From NCBI GenBank assembly GCA_963826825.1, contig CAWGYV010000009.1, positions 151,036 through 215,035 on the forward strand: DNA of 64,000 nt. The letters run 5' to 3'. Shown piece after piece: positions 38,854 to 49,223 of the stretch (position 1 is its first letter; each line of letters begins with the position of its first letter). The notes beneath the pieces were generated by a model, which saw nothing but the letters and a program-made list of their open reading frames with translations, had not been told where the DNA came from and ran no database searches. Source of the DNA: an uncultured Acidimicrobiia bacterium (GTDB lineage: Bacteria > Actinomycetota > Acidimicrobiia > Spongiisociales > DATADW01). Position numbers and translations under genes: made by a program.

Positions 38854-39711
38854 ATGGACCGGATACTCCGGATCGGCTACCAGGGCGAAGAGCTCTCCTA
38901 CAGCCACCAGGCGGCAGGTGAGCTCTACCCGGGATGTACGCGGACCGGGCTGGCGTCATTCTCCGACGCCTTCGCAGCCCTGGAGCGGGGCGAGGTGGAC
39001 CGCCTGGTCCTCCCTATCGAGAACTCGACCACGGGGAGCGTCCTCCCCGTGCTCGATAGGCTGCTCCGCTCATCGGCATCGATTGTGGCCGAGCACATGT
39101 TGGAGGTCCGCCACGCCCTGCTCGGTGTCCCCGGTTCGTCGCTCGACGGCGTCACCCGGGTTCGCTCCCACCCCGAGGCGTTGGGGCAGGCGGAACTGCT
39201 CATCGCCGAGCGGGGCTGGAAAGCGGTGGCGTCATCGGATACCGCCGGGGCGGTTCGTGAAGTAGCCGAGCAGGGCGACCCGCACGAAGCTGCGCTGGCG
39301 CCCGAATCAGCGGCTGAACGCTTTGGGTTGGAGGTCCTCGCCACCGAAGTCATGGACCGGTGGCACAACACCACCCGCTTCGCTGTACTGGCGCCCGGCC
39401 CCGAACCAGTGGCGATCGACGCCGACAAGACGACAATCAGCTTCATAACGCTTCATCAGCCGGGAGCGTTGGCGTTGGCGCTCACCGAACTCGGGCTGCG
39501 TGGTGCCAACCTCACCAGGATCGAGTCTCGTCCCAGCGAAGAGGCGTGGCGCCACCGGTTCTTTGTTGATCTGATGCACCCCCCAGGTCCCGACGGCTAC
39601 GCCGCCGTCTTCGAGCCGATCCCGGCGACGCTGGTGGAGCTACGCCATCTCGGCTCCTACCGGGCAGCGTCCACCTCCGAGCTCGGCGAGCGCAACGTGG
39701 AGGGGTCGTAG
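38854..39711 (+). CDS. pheA: prephenate dehydratase (PDT plus ACT domains)
   Basis: The ATG at 38854 gives MDRILRIGYQGEELSYSHQAA...LPIENSTTGSV...NTTRF...RIESRP. Confidence 0.85.
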   Translation: MDRILRIGYQGEELSYSHQAAGELYPGCTRTGLASFSDAFAALERGEVDRLVLPIENSTTGSVLPVLDRLLRSSASIVAEHMLEVRHALLGVPGSSLDGVTRVRSHPEALGQAELLIAERGWKAVASSDTAGAVREVAEQGDPHEAALAPESAAERFGLEVLATEVMDRWHNTTRFAVLAPGPEPVAIDADKTTISFITLHQPGALALALTELGLRGANLTRIESRPSEEAWRHRFFVDLMHPPGPDGYAAVFEPIPATLVELRHLGSYRAASTSELGERNVEGS

Positions 39712-40695
39712 CGACTCGACCATCCGAGCGGCCGGGCCGGTGCCGGGCACACCGAGCCTTTCGTCCTCGTCCAACACCACCGCCGGCTCCAACCCGATGA
39801 AACGGCGGGCCGCCACTGTCGCTGCTCGCCGATCCTCCACCCGGTTGAGCACCAGCCAGGGGATCGGGCCGCCCCACTCGGCAACGAGACGGGCGGTCCT
39901 CATCAGGCCGATGGGCGAGGCGCGGCTCACCAGCACCGCCGCGTCTGCCGTCACCAACACGGAGTCGTCGCCCATGACCGGTCCCCTGTCGGCGACGACC
40001 ATGTCGAACCCGGACCGCCCGGCCACGAGGAAGTCATCGACCGCGGCGGGCGGGCATGGCGGTCCTTCGCCAGGCACGACACTCAAATTGCCGACGCGGT
40101 GGGCTCCGTTCTCCAGCCAGCCGGCCTCGCCGCGAAGCCGCTCGGTGACCATCGCCAGCCCGTTTCCCGGAGGAAGCCCCAGCCGCATGCCGAGGCTGGG
40201 GGCGGCCAGGTCGAGATCGACGAGGAGCGTCCGCGTGATTCCGGCCAGTCCAGAGGCGAGTGCCAGTGCGATCTCGGTTACCCCTGGAGCGCCGCGCCCC
40301 CCGACGACTGCGGTAACCCTGCCTCGACCGCCGGAAACGTGCTTGCGGGCCGCCGCCAACCGAATCGACGCCAGCAGAGCTTGCAGAGGAGTGTGCTCCG
40401 GCGTCACCATCGCGCCCGAACCGGTGAAGCGAGCCGCCGCCGGCCTGTCTCCATCGGGAACCACACCAAGCACGGCGATCCCCCGGTCGCACCACGACCG
40501 CACTCGCGCCGGCGTCGCCCAAGTCGTCTCGGCACCTACCACCAACACGTCGACACGGCGCAGTCGCTCGAGATCCTCGGGTTGGTAGAGGCGCCCTACC
40601 ACCCTGATGCTCCCGGCGGCGCGCGCCATCGCCACCAGACGCGCTTCCCAGGGCCGTGCCGAGAGCACGGTGGCCACCATGGGTCGCTCGATCAT
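39640..40695 (-). CDS. Ssd/CpaE(TadZ)-like ParA/MinD-superfamily protein with a degenerate Walker A
   Basis: 351-aa ORF with an N-terminal receiver-like region, then VVGGRGAPGVTEIALALASGLA...LLVDLDL (no Walker A lysine). Its 3' end overlaps the pheA 3' end by 72 nt. Confidence 0.6.
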   Translation of the reverse strand: MIERPMVATVLSARPWEARLVAMARAAGSIRVVGRLYQPEDLERLRRVDVLVVGAETTWATPARVRSWCDRGIAVLGVVPDGDRPAAARFTGSGAMVTPEHTPLQALLASIRLAAARKHVSGGRGRVTAVVGGRGAPGVTEIALALASGLAGITRTLLVDLDLAAPSLGMRLGLPPGNGLAMVTERLRGEAGWLENGAHRVGNLSVVPGEGPPCPPAAVDDFLVAGRSGFDMVVADRGPVMGDDSVLVTADAAVLVSRASPIGLMRTARLVAEWGGPIPWLVLNRVEDRRAATVAARRFIGLEPAVVLDEDERLGVPGTGPAARMVESLRPLHVALAELGGGRCPVGAEMA

Positions 40696-41027
40696 GGCAC
40701 CGTCTCCATGCTGACGATATGGCGCAGGGCGACCACCTGTTCCTTATCGGGGGCGAGGACGACGGCGACGTCGAGCCCGACTCCACCGAGTCTCCCCACC
40801 CGACGGCTGCCATCGCAGCAGGTGATGACGACCCTGTCCCCGTTGTCCTCCGCCAGGATCAAACGGTCACGCATCGTCTCGTTGCGCCGTGCGATGGCGT
40901 GCGCCGCGGCTCGCTCGGCATCGAGCACAGACTCGAGCTGCGATCTCAGTCTGCGCGCCATTTCAACGAGGTCGGGGTGGCGGAGGGGATCATCTGGACT
41001 CAATGTCATGTGAGTAAGTTGTGTCAT
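40692..41027 (-). CDS. small hypothetical protein translationally coupled to the Ssd-like gene
   Basis: The start is at 41027 (MTQLTH) or 41009 (MTLSPDD). It has a helical N-terminus, then VVITCCDGSRRVGRLGGVGLDVAVVL..DKEQVVALRHIVSME (small beta-barrel-like pattern). The stop overlaps the next start by 4 nt. Confidence 0.5.
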   Translation of the reverse strand: MTQLTHMTLSPDDPLRHPDLVEMARRLRSQLESVLDAERAAAHAIARRNETMRDRLILAEDNGDRVVITCCDGSRRVGRLGGVGLDVAVVLAPDKEQVVALRHIVSMETVP

Positions 41028-41062
41028 CCTATATATCTCAAGATATCGCAAACATATATCGA
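41003..41062. promoter_or_regulatory. AT-rich divergent promoter region with three ATATC repeats
   Basis: cctATATATCtcaagATATCgcaaacatATATCgaac stands out in GC-rich DNA between two divergent operons. Confidence 0.4.
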
Positions 41063-41137
41063 ACGAGCCCGAATCGGACGAGTGCGTTTCGCGCTCCGGT
41101 CTCTCTGCGCGAGTCGAGCAGCGCTAGCCTCACCCCG

Positions 41138-41341
41138 GTGGACCCGATCCGGGTGACTATCCCAAAGGACTGGCTCTCGGTGGCCGACGTGTGCGCCTAC
41201 CTCGAGGTCTCGCCCTTCGTGGTGACCGCCCGGTTGAGGTCGGGCGACATCCCCGGGGTCAAGGTGGGACGGGAGTGGCGCGTGGCGTGTCAGGATCTCG
41301 AGGACTGGCTCAACCAGCACCGTCGAGCCGATGGCTGGTGA
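41138..41341 (+). CDS. excisionase/MerR-like helix-turn-helix DNA-binding protein
   Basis: [47 protein letters not shown]. The start is the GTG at 41138 or 41153. The stop overlaps the clpS start. Confidence 0.65.
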   Translation: MDPIRVTIPKDWLSVADVCAYLEVSPFVVTARLRSGDIPGVKVGREWRVACQDLEDWLNQHRRADGW

Positions 41342-41634
41342 ATCTCACCGGGGCGCTGCCGGTACGCACCGACCGCCCAGACGTCGACGAGGTCGTGGTG
41401 GGCGACACCCCGTGGAACGTCGTCGTGTGGAACGATCCGGTGAACCTGATGGAGTACGTGGTCTATGTATTCCGCAAGCTCTTTGGCCACTCCGAGGAGG
41501 AGGCCACCCGGTTGATGCTCGCCGTCCATCACGAGGGGCGGGCGATCGTGGCATGCGGACCGAGGGAGAAGTCGGAGGTCGACTGCTACCGGCTGCACCA
41601 CTACGGGCTGTGGGCCACCCTGGAGAAGACGTGA
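41338..41634 (+). CDS. clpS: ATP-dependent Clp protease adaptor ClpS
   Basis: The GTG at 41338 begins a protein with [47 protein letters not shown]. Confidence 0.9.
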   Translation: MNLTGALPVRTDRPDVDEVVVGDTPWNVVVWNDPVNLMEYVVYVFRKLFGHSEEEATRLMLAVHHEGRAIVACGPREKSEVDCYRLHHYGLWATLEKT

Positions 41635-42087
41635 GGGAACCGTTCGCCGCCGATCGCAAGGGGCGGATCAAGGTCAAGCTCGACGTCAACGAGGTGGCGG
41701 TGCTCGGCCAGTTGGTGCCGCTGCTCGTCACCGAAGCGCCATCGCCCACCAACCCTCATGGCCGGCTGCCCGGTTTACCCGGGCTCTCCCGGGGACGACG
41801 ACGAGTTCTGGCGGCTGATGGGTGGCGAGCTGACCAGGGACAGGTTGGACGACCGGACCCGCTTCGAGGAGACCCTCGGTGCGGCCGACCGGGGAGTGGT
41901 GCTATCCAAGGACGAGGCAGAATCCTGGCTGCGCGTCCTGGGAGAGGCGCGGTTGGTCCTCGCCGCAAGGCTCGGGATCGACAAGGAGAGCGACTACGAG
42001 CGGGCTCGGGAGAACGGTGGCCCCGAGATGGCCACCCTCGACTACCTCGGCTACCTCCAGGCTTCGCTGGCCATGGCGCTCTCCTAG
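41631..42087 (+). CDS. DUF2017-family protein (usual ClpS neighbour in actinobacteria); +1 frameshift near 41770
   Basis: [33 protein letters not shown] is in one frame. [27 protein letters not shown]...[19 protein letters not shown] is in ORF 41758..42087. Confidence 0.7.
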
Positions 42088-43499
42088 TCGTGGTCCCCGG
42101 CGGTCAGCGTGTTCCGCTCGGGCTCGCTCAGGACAGACGAGACTCCGACATCGTCGGTTTGAGCTTCCGACCACCGAATGGCCCTGGCGAGTAGTGCTGC
42201 CGTCTGTCCGCGGGTGATCGTCGCCTCCGGGCAGAACGCCGTGCCGGTACAGCCGTTGATCACGCCGGCGGCGGCGAGCCGGTCGATGCTGCGCCGCGCC
42301 CAGTGGTCGTCGTCGTCGGTGAAGAAGTCCTGGCTGGTGCCCGGAGGGTCGTAGGCCCGGTCGAGAAAGGTGGCCAACTCGGCTCGGGTCACCGGGTCTT
42401 CCGGGCAGAAGAGACGCCGATCACATCCCATGGTGATCCCGCTGGCGGCGAGGCGATCGATGTACGCCTCGGCCCAGTGGTCGTTGTCGTCGCCAAAGTG
42501 GTTGCTGTCGGTCGTGGGGAGGGAGAGCACCCGTACGAGCAGCACCGCCATCTCCGCCCTGGTCAGCGTGTCGTCGGGACACGCAAGACGGCGTCTGCAG
42601 CCCTCGAAGAACCCGCGGGCGTGGAGGTCGATCAGGTCGGCCTCGTGGGTCGAGTTGTCATCGTCGGTGAATGGATCGATGCAACGAGGTCGCCCGTCGT
42701 CGGAGACGGCTATCTCGTCGAGCCTGAGCACCAGGCGGTTGGGAGTGGCCGACGTCCCGCCGAAGTACACGTCCATCCAGAACTCTTTGATCTGGACGAA
42801 CTTCTGCCCGGCGAGGCGGAAGCGCAGGTCGGCACGCCGGAAGGCCTTCTCACCGTCGATCCACCCTTCGATCACGCCGTCGGACTCGCCGAGCGTGTTG
42901 AGCCGCACGTGGCCCTCGATGCAGTGCCACCGCTGCCTCTCGAGCGAACCGGGGTCCCAGGCGAGGGCATTGCCACACTCGGTCGGCTGGTCGAGGTGGT
43001 AGCACGTACGATCCGATCGCCGTCTCCCCGACGCCGACGCCGTCGACGCCCGGTGGCAGCCAGTAGAGCCTCGCCGACCACCCGGGATTGCCCGGCACCG
43101 ACGGGATGCACCCTTTGGCCGAGGAGCCGTACACACCGGAGAGTCCGGGGAGCTTCCCCGAGTAGGTGGGACGCCAGTGCTCCAACCAGACGTAGTAGCG
43201 GAACCACGCTTCGGTGGGCCCCTTCCCCTTGAAGTTGTAGAAGGGACCGACACCACGCTGCTGACCGGCGGGGATCGCCACCTGTAGACCCGACTCGAGA
43301 AACCCCGGACCGAGACGGCTGTTGGCGAAGTCGGCCGAGCGCACGTCCGACCAGGGTGCATTGCCGCCGTCGGCGCTCCAGGGGTACTCCTCGAAGTGCT
43401 CGTCCATGATCCGATCGGCACGAGCGGGCGCGGCGGCACGGCGATCGAGGTGACGACTGCCACCACCACGATCATCAGGCTGAGCAGGCGATATCGCAT
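42084..43499 (-). CDS. secreted polysaccharide-lyase-like (PF14099-type) protein with three SLH-like C-terminal repeats; two frameshifts (about 43440 and 43010)
   Basis: The signal peptide MRYRLLSLMIVVVAVVTSIA and the SLH-like repeats (HWAEAYIDRLAASGITMGC..LFCPEDPVTRAELATFL) share one frame. The middle part (SGKLPGLSGVYG...GWSARLYW) is in ORF 42850..43512. Confidence 0.65.
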   Translation of the reverse strand: MRYRLLSLMIVVVAVVTSIAVPPRPLVPIGSWTSTSRSTPGAPTAAMHPGRTCARPTSPTAVSVRGFSSRVYRWRSPPVSSVVSVPSTTSRGRGPPKRGSATTSGWSTGVPPTRGSSPDSPVCTAPRPKGASRRCRAIPGGRRGSTGCHRASTASASGRRRSDRTCYHLDQPTECGNALAWDPGSLERQRWHCIEGHVRLNTLGESDGVIEGWIDGEKAFRRADLRFRLAGQKFVQIKEFWMDVYFGGTSATPNRLVLRLDEIAVSDDGRPRCIDPFTDDDNSTHEADLIDLHARGFFEGCRRRLACPDDTLTRAEMAVLLVRVLSLPTTDSNHFGDDNDHWAEAYIDRLAASGITMGCDRRLFCPEDPVTRAELATFLDRAYDPPGTSQDFFTDDDDHWARRSIDRLAAAGVINGCTGTAFCPEATITRGQTAALLARAIRWSEAQTDDVGVSSVLSEPERNTLTAGDHD

Positions 43500-43651
43500 T
43501 CTCGGCGACCACCGTAGGTTCGATTGACGATCGTCACCACTCACTCGAGGGCAACACAGCCGACATCGCCGCTCCGGCTCTGATAACTTCGGCTGGCGGT
43601 CCGACAGCGACAACGGAGCCGTTTCGCAGGGGGGTCTGAGGAGGAGGAGCT

Positions 43652-44155
43652 ATGCAGGTAGGCCTCACCGTCAACGGGCGACCCGTCAAGGTGGACGTGG
43701 AGCCCAGGACGCTCCTCGTGCACCTCATCAGGGACAATCTCCACCTCACCGGCACCCATGTCGGTTGTGAGACTTCGTACTGCGGGGCCTGCACGGTTCT
43801 GGTGGACGGGACGACGATCAAGTCATGCACCATGCTGGCCGTGCAAGCCGAAGGCACCGAGGTGACGACCATCGAGGGACTGGCAAGCGACGGCAAGCTC
43901 CACCCGGTCCAGGAGGGGTTCTGGGAGCGTCACGGTCTGCAGTGCGGCTTCTGCACCCCCGGGATGATTCTGTCGGCTGTGGGGCTGCTGGCGGACAATC
44001 CGGACCCGTCCGAGGACGAGATCCGCCACGGGATCGACGGCAACCTCTGCCGCTGCACCGGCTACCACAACATCGTGCGCGCCATCGAGTACGCCGCGGC
44101 CACGATGCGCGGCGACACCCCGGCGCCTGCCGAGTGGGAAGAGGTGCCGGTATGA
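43652..44155 (+). CDS. coxS: (2Fe-2S)-binding small subunit of a xanthine-dehydrogenase/CODH-family Mo-hydroxylase
   Basis: Intact 167-aa ORF with [12 protein letters not shown] and CGFCTPGM...CRCTGY. Confidence 0.9.
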   Translation: MQVGLTVNGRPVKVDVEPRTLLVHLIRDNLHLTGTHVGCETSYCGACTVLVDGTTIKSCTMLAVQAEGTEVTTIEGLASDGKLHPVQEGFWERHGLQCGFCTPGMILSAVGLLADNPDPSEDEIRHGIDGNLCRCTGYHNIVRAIEYAAATMRGDTPAPAEWEEVPV

Positions 44156-46508
44156 CCACCACCAGGCTCTTCGGCAAGGCGATCAAGCGCAAGGAGGATC
44201 CGGCGCTGATCGCGGGCACCGGCCGCTACGTGGAGGATGTGCGGCTCCCCGGCGAGTTGTCGGCGGCCTTCGTACGCAGCCCGTACGCCCGTGCAGTGGT
44301 CAACTCGATCGATGGCTCTGCTGCTCTCGAGATGCCGGGCGTACACGCCGTTTACACGATCGAAGACGTTCGCCATCTCGGTCCACTGCTGGCGCAGGTC
44401 CCGGTGGGAACCTTGAAGCCGCTCCTGGCGGACGGTCAGGTGCGCCATGTCGGCGAAGCGGTCGCCATGGTGGTGGCCGACGACAAGTACCTGGCCCGCG
44501 ACGCCGCCGATGCGGTCGAGGTCGACTACGACCCGATGGACGCAGCCGTGGACCTCGAGGATGCCGCCACCGACCGGATCCAGGTCCACGACGCGTCGAA
44601 CGTCGTCCACACCTGGGATGCGGGGGACGCCGACGGCTGTGCCGAGGCGTTCGGCAGGGACGACGTGGTGGTGGTGGAGCGCAAGTTGATCAACCAGCGG
44701 CTCATCCCGGTCGCGATCGAGCCCAGGGCGGTGCTTGCGGAGTGGAACGACGGCTACGGCAAGGTGAACGCTTGGTCCACCACTCAGATCCCCCATGCCG
44801 TGGCAGGCGCCATCGCCACCACGTTCGGTCTGGACGCCAACGACGTGCGGGTGATCGCACCCGAGGTCGGCGGTGGGTTCGGTTGCAAGCTCAACGTCTA
44901 TCCGGACGAGATCCTCTGCACATTCGCCAGCAAGATGCTGGGGAGCCCGGTGCGTTGGACTGAGACGAGGCGGGAGGCGGCTGTCGCCACCATCCAGGGG
45001 AGAGGCTGGGTGGCCACCGCCAAGATCGCGGCGACCAAGGACGGCGACATCCTCGCCTACGAGTTGGTCGGGCTGGCCGACATGGGCGCATACACGCAGA
45101 ACTTCACCATCGCCATCCCGGTGCTGGGACAGTTCACCGCCTCCGGCCAGTACGACATACCCAACGTCCACTTCAAGATCGACTGCGTGTACACCAACGA
45201 ACCTGTCACCGATGCCTACCGGGGAGCCGGGCGACCCGAGACCGCCTACTACCTGGAGCGTGCCGTCGACGCCCTGGCCGCTGAGCTCGATATGGACTCG
45301 GCAGAGTTGCGGAAGCGCAACTACGTCAAGCCCGAGGATTTCCCCTTCGAGACCAAGCTCGGAATGGTGATGGACTCCGGTCAATACGCCGCCACGCTCG
45401 GACCGTCTCCTGGAGATGGCCGATGTCGGCGGTCTCCGCGAGGAGCAGGCCAAGGCGAGAGAAGAGGGGCGCTGTCTCGGGATCGGGCTCACCACGTACG
45501 TGGAGAACTGCGGGCTGGCCCCTTCGGCCATGTTCGAGGGCGGGTTCTCCTGGGCGGGGTACGGACTGCCGTCGGCCTTCAACGAGTCGGCGGCGGTGCG
45601 GGCCAACCCCGACGGAAGCGTCACCGTGGTGACGGGCACGGGGCCAACCGGGCAGGGACACGAGACCACCTGGGCTCAGATCGCCAGCGATACGCTCGGG
45701 GTTCCATTCGACCGGGTAAAGGTCCGTCACGGCGACACCCACGACTCACCCATGGGCATCGGCACCTTCGGCAGCCGGTCTGCCGCCGTCGGGGGCCCGG
45801 CCGTTGCCCGGGCTGCAGGACGGGTTCAGGAGAAGGCCGCAAAGATCGCCGCCCACATGCTCGAGGCGGCCGCCGAGGACATCCGGTTCGAGGACGGCAA
45901 GGCCTTCGTGGCCGGGTCGCCGGACCAATCGGTGGACTGGGACGATCTGGTCGCCACCGCCTATCAGCAGTACCAATTGCCCGAGGGCGTGGAGGCCGGG
46001 CTGGAGGACATCGCCTTCTACGACCCGACCAACGGGACATGGCCGTACGGCGCCCACATGGCTGTGGTGGAGGTCGACACCGGAGACGGGCAACGTCGAG
46101 CTGCTGCGTTATCTGTCGGTGGACGACTGTGGGACTGTGATCAACCCGATGATCGTCGCCGGCCAGATCCATGGAGGGATCGTCCAAGGGATTGGTCAGG
46201 CGCTCTTCGAGGAGGCCGTCTACGACGAGAACGGGAGCCTGTTGACACCATCGTTGGCCGACTATCAGATCCCGACGGCGGCGGACATTCCGTCGTTCGA
46301 GATGGACCATACGGTGACGCCGACCGACGCCAACCCACTCGGCGTGAAGGGGGTCGGCGAGGCGGGGACCATCGGCTCGGCACAGACCATCGTGGCCGCC
46401 GTGCTCGACGCCCTCCGCCCGCTGGGGGTGACGACCATCGACATGCCGCTTCGACCAAGGAGGGTGTGGCAGGCGATCCAGGATGCACGGCAGGGAGGTG
46501 ATGGCTGA
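44152..46508 (+). CDS. coxL: molybdopterin-binding large subunit, form-II CoxL-like (AYRGAGR loop); +1 frameshifts near 45398 and 46083
   Basis: The ATGA overlaps the coxS stop. It reads [20 protein letters not shown]... and has the AYRGAGR loop at 45214-45234. It continues in ORF 45416..46501 and then in the frame of ORF 45804..46508 ([19 protein letters not shown]...[12 protein letters not shown]). Confidence 0.85.
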
Positions 46509-47369
46509 TGTACCCGAGGCCCTTCGAGTATGTCGCCCCGGCGACCATCGACGAGGCGCTAACCGTCCTCGCCGACAACCCGGGGGCGAAGGTGCTGTCA
46601 GGCGGGATGTCGCTGCTCCCTCTGATGAAGCTGCGTCTTCTCTCCCCAGAGTTGGTGGTTGACATCGGGCGGATCCCCGGCCTCGATCAGATCGAGGACA
46701 AGGGTGACCACATCTCCATCGGGGCGTTGGTCCGTCACAATCAGATCGCGTCGAGCGATCTCATTCGTGAGCACGCCGACGGCGTTGTCGCAGGCGGCGT
46801 CGTGGACCGGTGACGTCCAGGTGAGGAATCGAGGAACACTGTGTGGCTCGATGGCCCACGCCGATGTGGCAGCCGACCAGCCAGCCGCGGTGATCGCCCT
46901 CGGAGCCACCTTGGTGGCGCGGTCGTCGGGGGGTTCTCGCCAGATCGCAGCCGGCGACTTCGTCGTCGACGTCATGACCTCTGCATTGGAGCCAGACGAG
47001 ATCCTGGTGGAGATCAACGTGCCAAAGCGCGATGGTGGGTCCGCATACGACAAGATGGGGCGGCGAGGTGGCCACTCCGACTACGCGGTGGCCGGGGCTG
47101 CCGCATGGTTGCGGCGGGAGAACGGGAGCGTCGCAGAGGCATCGGTGGCGCTGACCGGTGTCGGTACCAAGCCGACATTGGCTCACGGCGTGATCGAGGC
47201 GATTCAGGGTGCGGATGCCAGCGAAGACGCCATCGCCGCCGCGGCGGAACGTGCCGCCGAGGGGGTGACGGTTCTCGAGGACCTGTACGGTTCGGTGGAG
47301 TACAAGACCCACCTGGCCAAGGTCTTCGCCCGCAGGGCGCTGAGTCAGGCGCTGGCGGCGGCGAGCTGA
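46508..47369 (+). CDS. coxM: FAD-binding medium subunit (CoxM-like); +1 frameshift near 46776
   Basis: [44 protein letters not shown], then the frame of ORF 46659..47369 (GDVQVRNRGTLCGSMAHAD...YKTHLAKVFARRAL). Confidence 0.85.
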
Positions 47370-47386
47370 GGCAACCGCCGCCACGA

Positions 47387-47416
47387 GAGAGGAGGCCCTC
47401 CTGGGGGCCTCCTCTC
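47387..47416. terminator. 12-bp perfect GC hairpin after coxM
   Basis: GAGAGGAGGCCC-tcctgg-GGGCCTCCTCTC. Confidence 0.6.
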
Positions 47417-47438
47417 GCGTCTCCATCGTTGATCCGTT

Positions 47439-47464
47439 CGGCTGCTCGCTCCGATCAGCAGCCG
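47439..47464. terminator. 8-bp hairpin just beyond the rhodanese gene stop
   Basis: CGGCTGCT-cgctccgatc-AGCAGCCG. Confidence 0.4.
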
Positions 47465-47465
47465 G

Positions 47466-47786
47466 TCAGGTCTCTTCGACCTCGAACCCCTGCTCGGCCC
47501 AGGCGACGATCCCGCCCTCGAGGTTGACCACGTTGTCCATTCCAGCCTGCTGGGCGAGCGCCTCGACCACACGTCCCGAGCGGGCGCCGGTCCGGCAGTA
47601 GACGACCACGGTGCGGTCGTCCGGTACCTCGGCCCACCAGGTGGCGAACTCGGTCATGGGATGGTGTACCGCACCGGCGATGCGGGCCTCGTCCCACTCG
47701 ATCTCCTCGCGCACGTCGATGAGCATGGCGCCGCCGCCGAGCAGGTCGGGCACATCGGCTGGGTCAACCGCTGGGATGTCGGGCAA
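47466..47786 (-). CDS. single-domain rhodanese (sulfurtransferase)
   Basis: Intact 106-aa ORF with the active-site loop YCRTGARS. A TTG start is preceded by AGGTGA. Confidence 0.85.
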   Translation of the reverse strand: MPDIPAVDPADVPDLLGGGAMLIDVREEIEWDEARIAGAVHHPMTEFATWWAEVPDDRTVVVYCRTGARSGRVVEALAQQAGMDNVVNLEGGIVAWAEQGFEVEET

Positions 47787-47793
47787 CGATCAC

Positions 47794-48201
47794 CTATGCG
47801 TCGGTGACCTCGATCGTACCGGTCATGTTGGAGTGGATCGAGCATACGTAGTCGTATGTGCCCGGGGTGTCGATCGTGACGGTGGCGCTCGATCCCGGGG
47901 CGATCTGGCCGGTGTCGAAAGCGCCGTCCGGCTGGGTCCATGTATGAGTCGCCTCGCCGTTGTTGACCACGGTGATCTCGGTACCGACGGCGACGCTGGC
48001 CGGCGCGCTGAACTCGAAGTCGATGATGCTCACCGATGCGGCGCCGCCTCCGCCGTCCCCGGCCGGTGCCGCGGTGGTTCCGGACCCGCCCCCGGCCGTG
48101 GTCTCGGACCCGCCCGCTGTGGTGGCGGTCCCGCCAGACCCGCTACATGCAACCAAAGCCAGCAGAGCCACCATCGCCAGCACGCCAAAGCTGCGTTTCA
48201 T
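47794..48201 (-). CDS. cupredoxin (type-1 blue copper) lipoprotein
   Basis: It has the lipobox LLALVAC, a Gly/Thr linker, and the ligand pattern H...C-S-I-H-S-N-M (C-x2-H-x2-M spacing, as in amicyanin-type sites). Confidence 0.75.
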   Translation of the reverse strand: MKRSFGVLAMVALLALVACSGSGGTATTAGGSETTAGGGSGTTAAPAGDGGGGAASVSIIDFEFSAPASVAVGTEITVVNNGEATHTWTQPDGAFDTGQIAPGSSATVTIDTPGTYDYVCSIHSNMTGTIEVTDA

Positions 48202-48285
48202 CGTTCCTCCTCCGGCAATCGTCCGGTGACACTACGACGTCGGGAGAGGAGTGGTTCGCCGCCGACCACTAACGTTGCCCCTTCG

Positions 48286-49176
48286 ATGGCCAATCCGCTC
48301 CCCGCCGACGTAGATGCCGTACAGCAAGCTCTCGACGGGAGCGAGTACATCGCCGATCGCAGCCTGGCGATCGCCATCCACCTCGGTCTTCAGTTGGGCA
48401 GGCCACTTTTCCTCGAGGGCGAGGCCGGCGTTGGAAAGACAGAAGTGGCCAAGGTGCTGGCCGGGTTCCTCGATGCCCCGCTCATAAGGCTGCAGTGCTA
48501 CGAGGGTCTCGACGCCGGACACGCCCTCTACGAATGGGACTACGCCAGGCAGATGCTCGCCATACGGCTGCTCGAGGCGCGCGGCGAGGGCCAAGCCGCC
48601 GACGTCAAGGACATCATGAGCCGCGACTACCTGGTGGCGCGCCCGCTGCTCAAGGCGGTCGAACTGGCGGCCCTGGGGGAGCGGCCCGTGCTGCTCATCG
48701 ACGAGATAGACCGGGCCGACGAGGAGTTCGAGGCCTATCTGCTCGAACTGCTCTCCGACTTCCAAGTCACCATCCCCGAGGTGGGGACCATCGCCGCCGA
48801 GGATCCGCCCGTGGTCATCCTCACCTCCAACCGCACACGTGAGATACACGACGCACTGAAGCGGCGGTGCATCTACTACTGGATCGACTACCCCACCTTC
48901 GAGCGCGAGGTCGCCATCGTCGGACGCAAGGTCCCAGGCATCAGCGATGTCCTCGCCTCAGAGTTGGCGAGAGTGATGGAGCGGTTGCGCGAGATGGATC
49001 TGTTCAAGCCTCCCGGAGTGGCGGAGACGCTCGACTGGGCGCAAGCACTCAACGTGCTCGACGCCACCCGGCTCACCCCTGAGGTGATCGAGCAGACCAT
49101 CGGTGTGGCGCTCAAGTACCGCGAGGACATCGAACGGGTGCGCTCCACCGGGTTGGAGTCGCTCCTCGCCGGGTGA
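48286..49176 (+). CDS. MoxR-family AAA+ ATPase (CoxD-like)
   Basis: The ATG at 48286 gives MANPLPADVDAVQQAL... with Walker A GEAGVGKT, Walker B LLIDEIDRA and TSNR. Confidence 0.9.
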   Translation: MANPLPADVDAVQQALDGSEYIADRSLAIAIHLGLQLGRPLFLEGEAGVGKTEVAKVLAGFLDAPLIRLQCYEGLDAGHALYEWDYARQMLAIRLLEARGEGQAADVKDIMSRDYLVARPLLKAVELAALGERPVLLIDEIDRADEEFEAYLLELLSDFQVTIPEVGTIAAEDPPVVILTSNRTREIHDALKRRCIYYWIDYPTFEREVAIVGRKVPGISDVLASELARVMERLREMDLFKPPGVAETLDWAQALNVLDATRLTPEVIEQTIGVALKYREDIERVRSTGLESLLAG

Positions 49177-49223
49177 GCCAGAACTCACCGATTGGATTAT
49201 GTTCCCCCTCATAGAGGGGTCCA

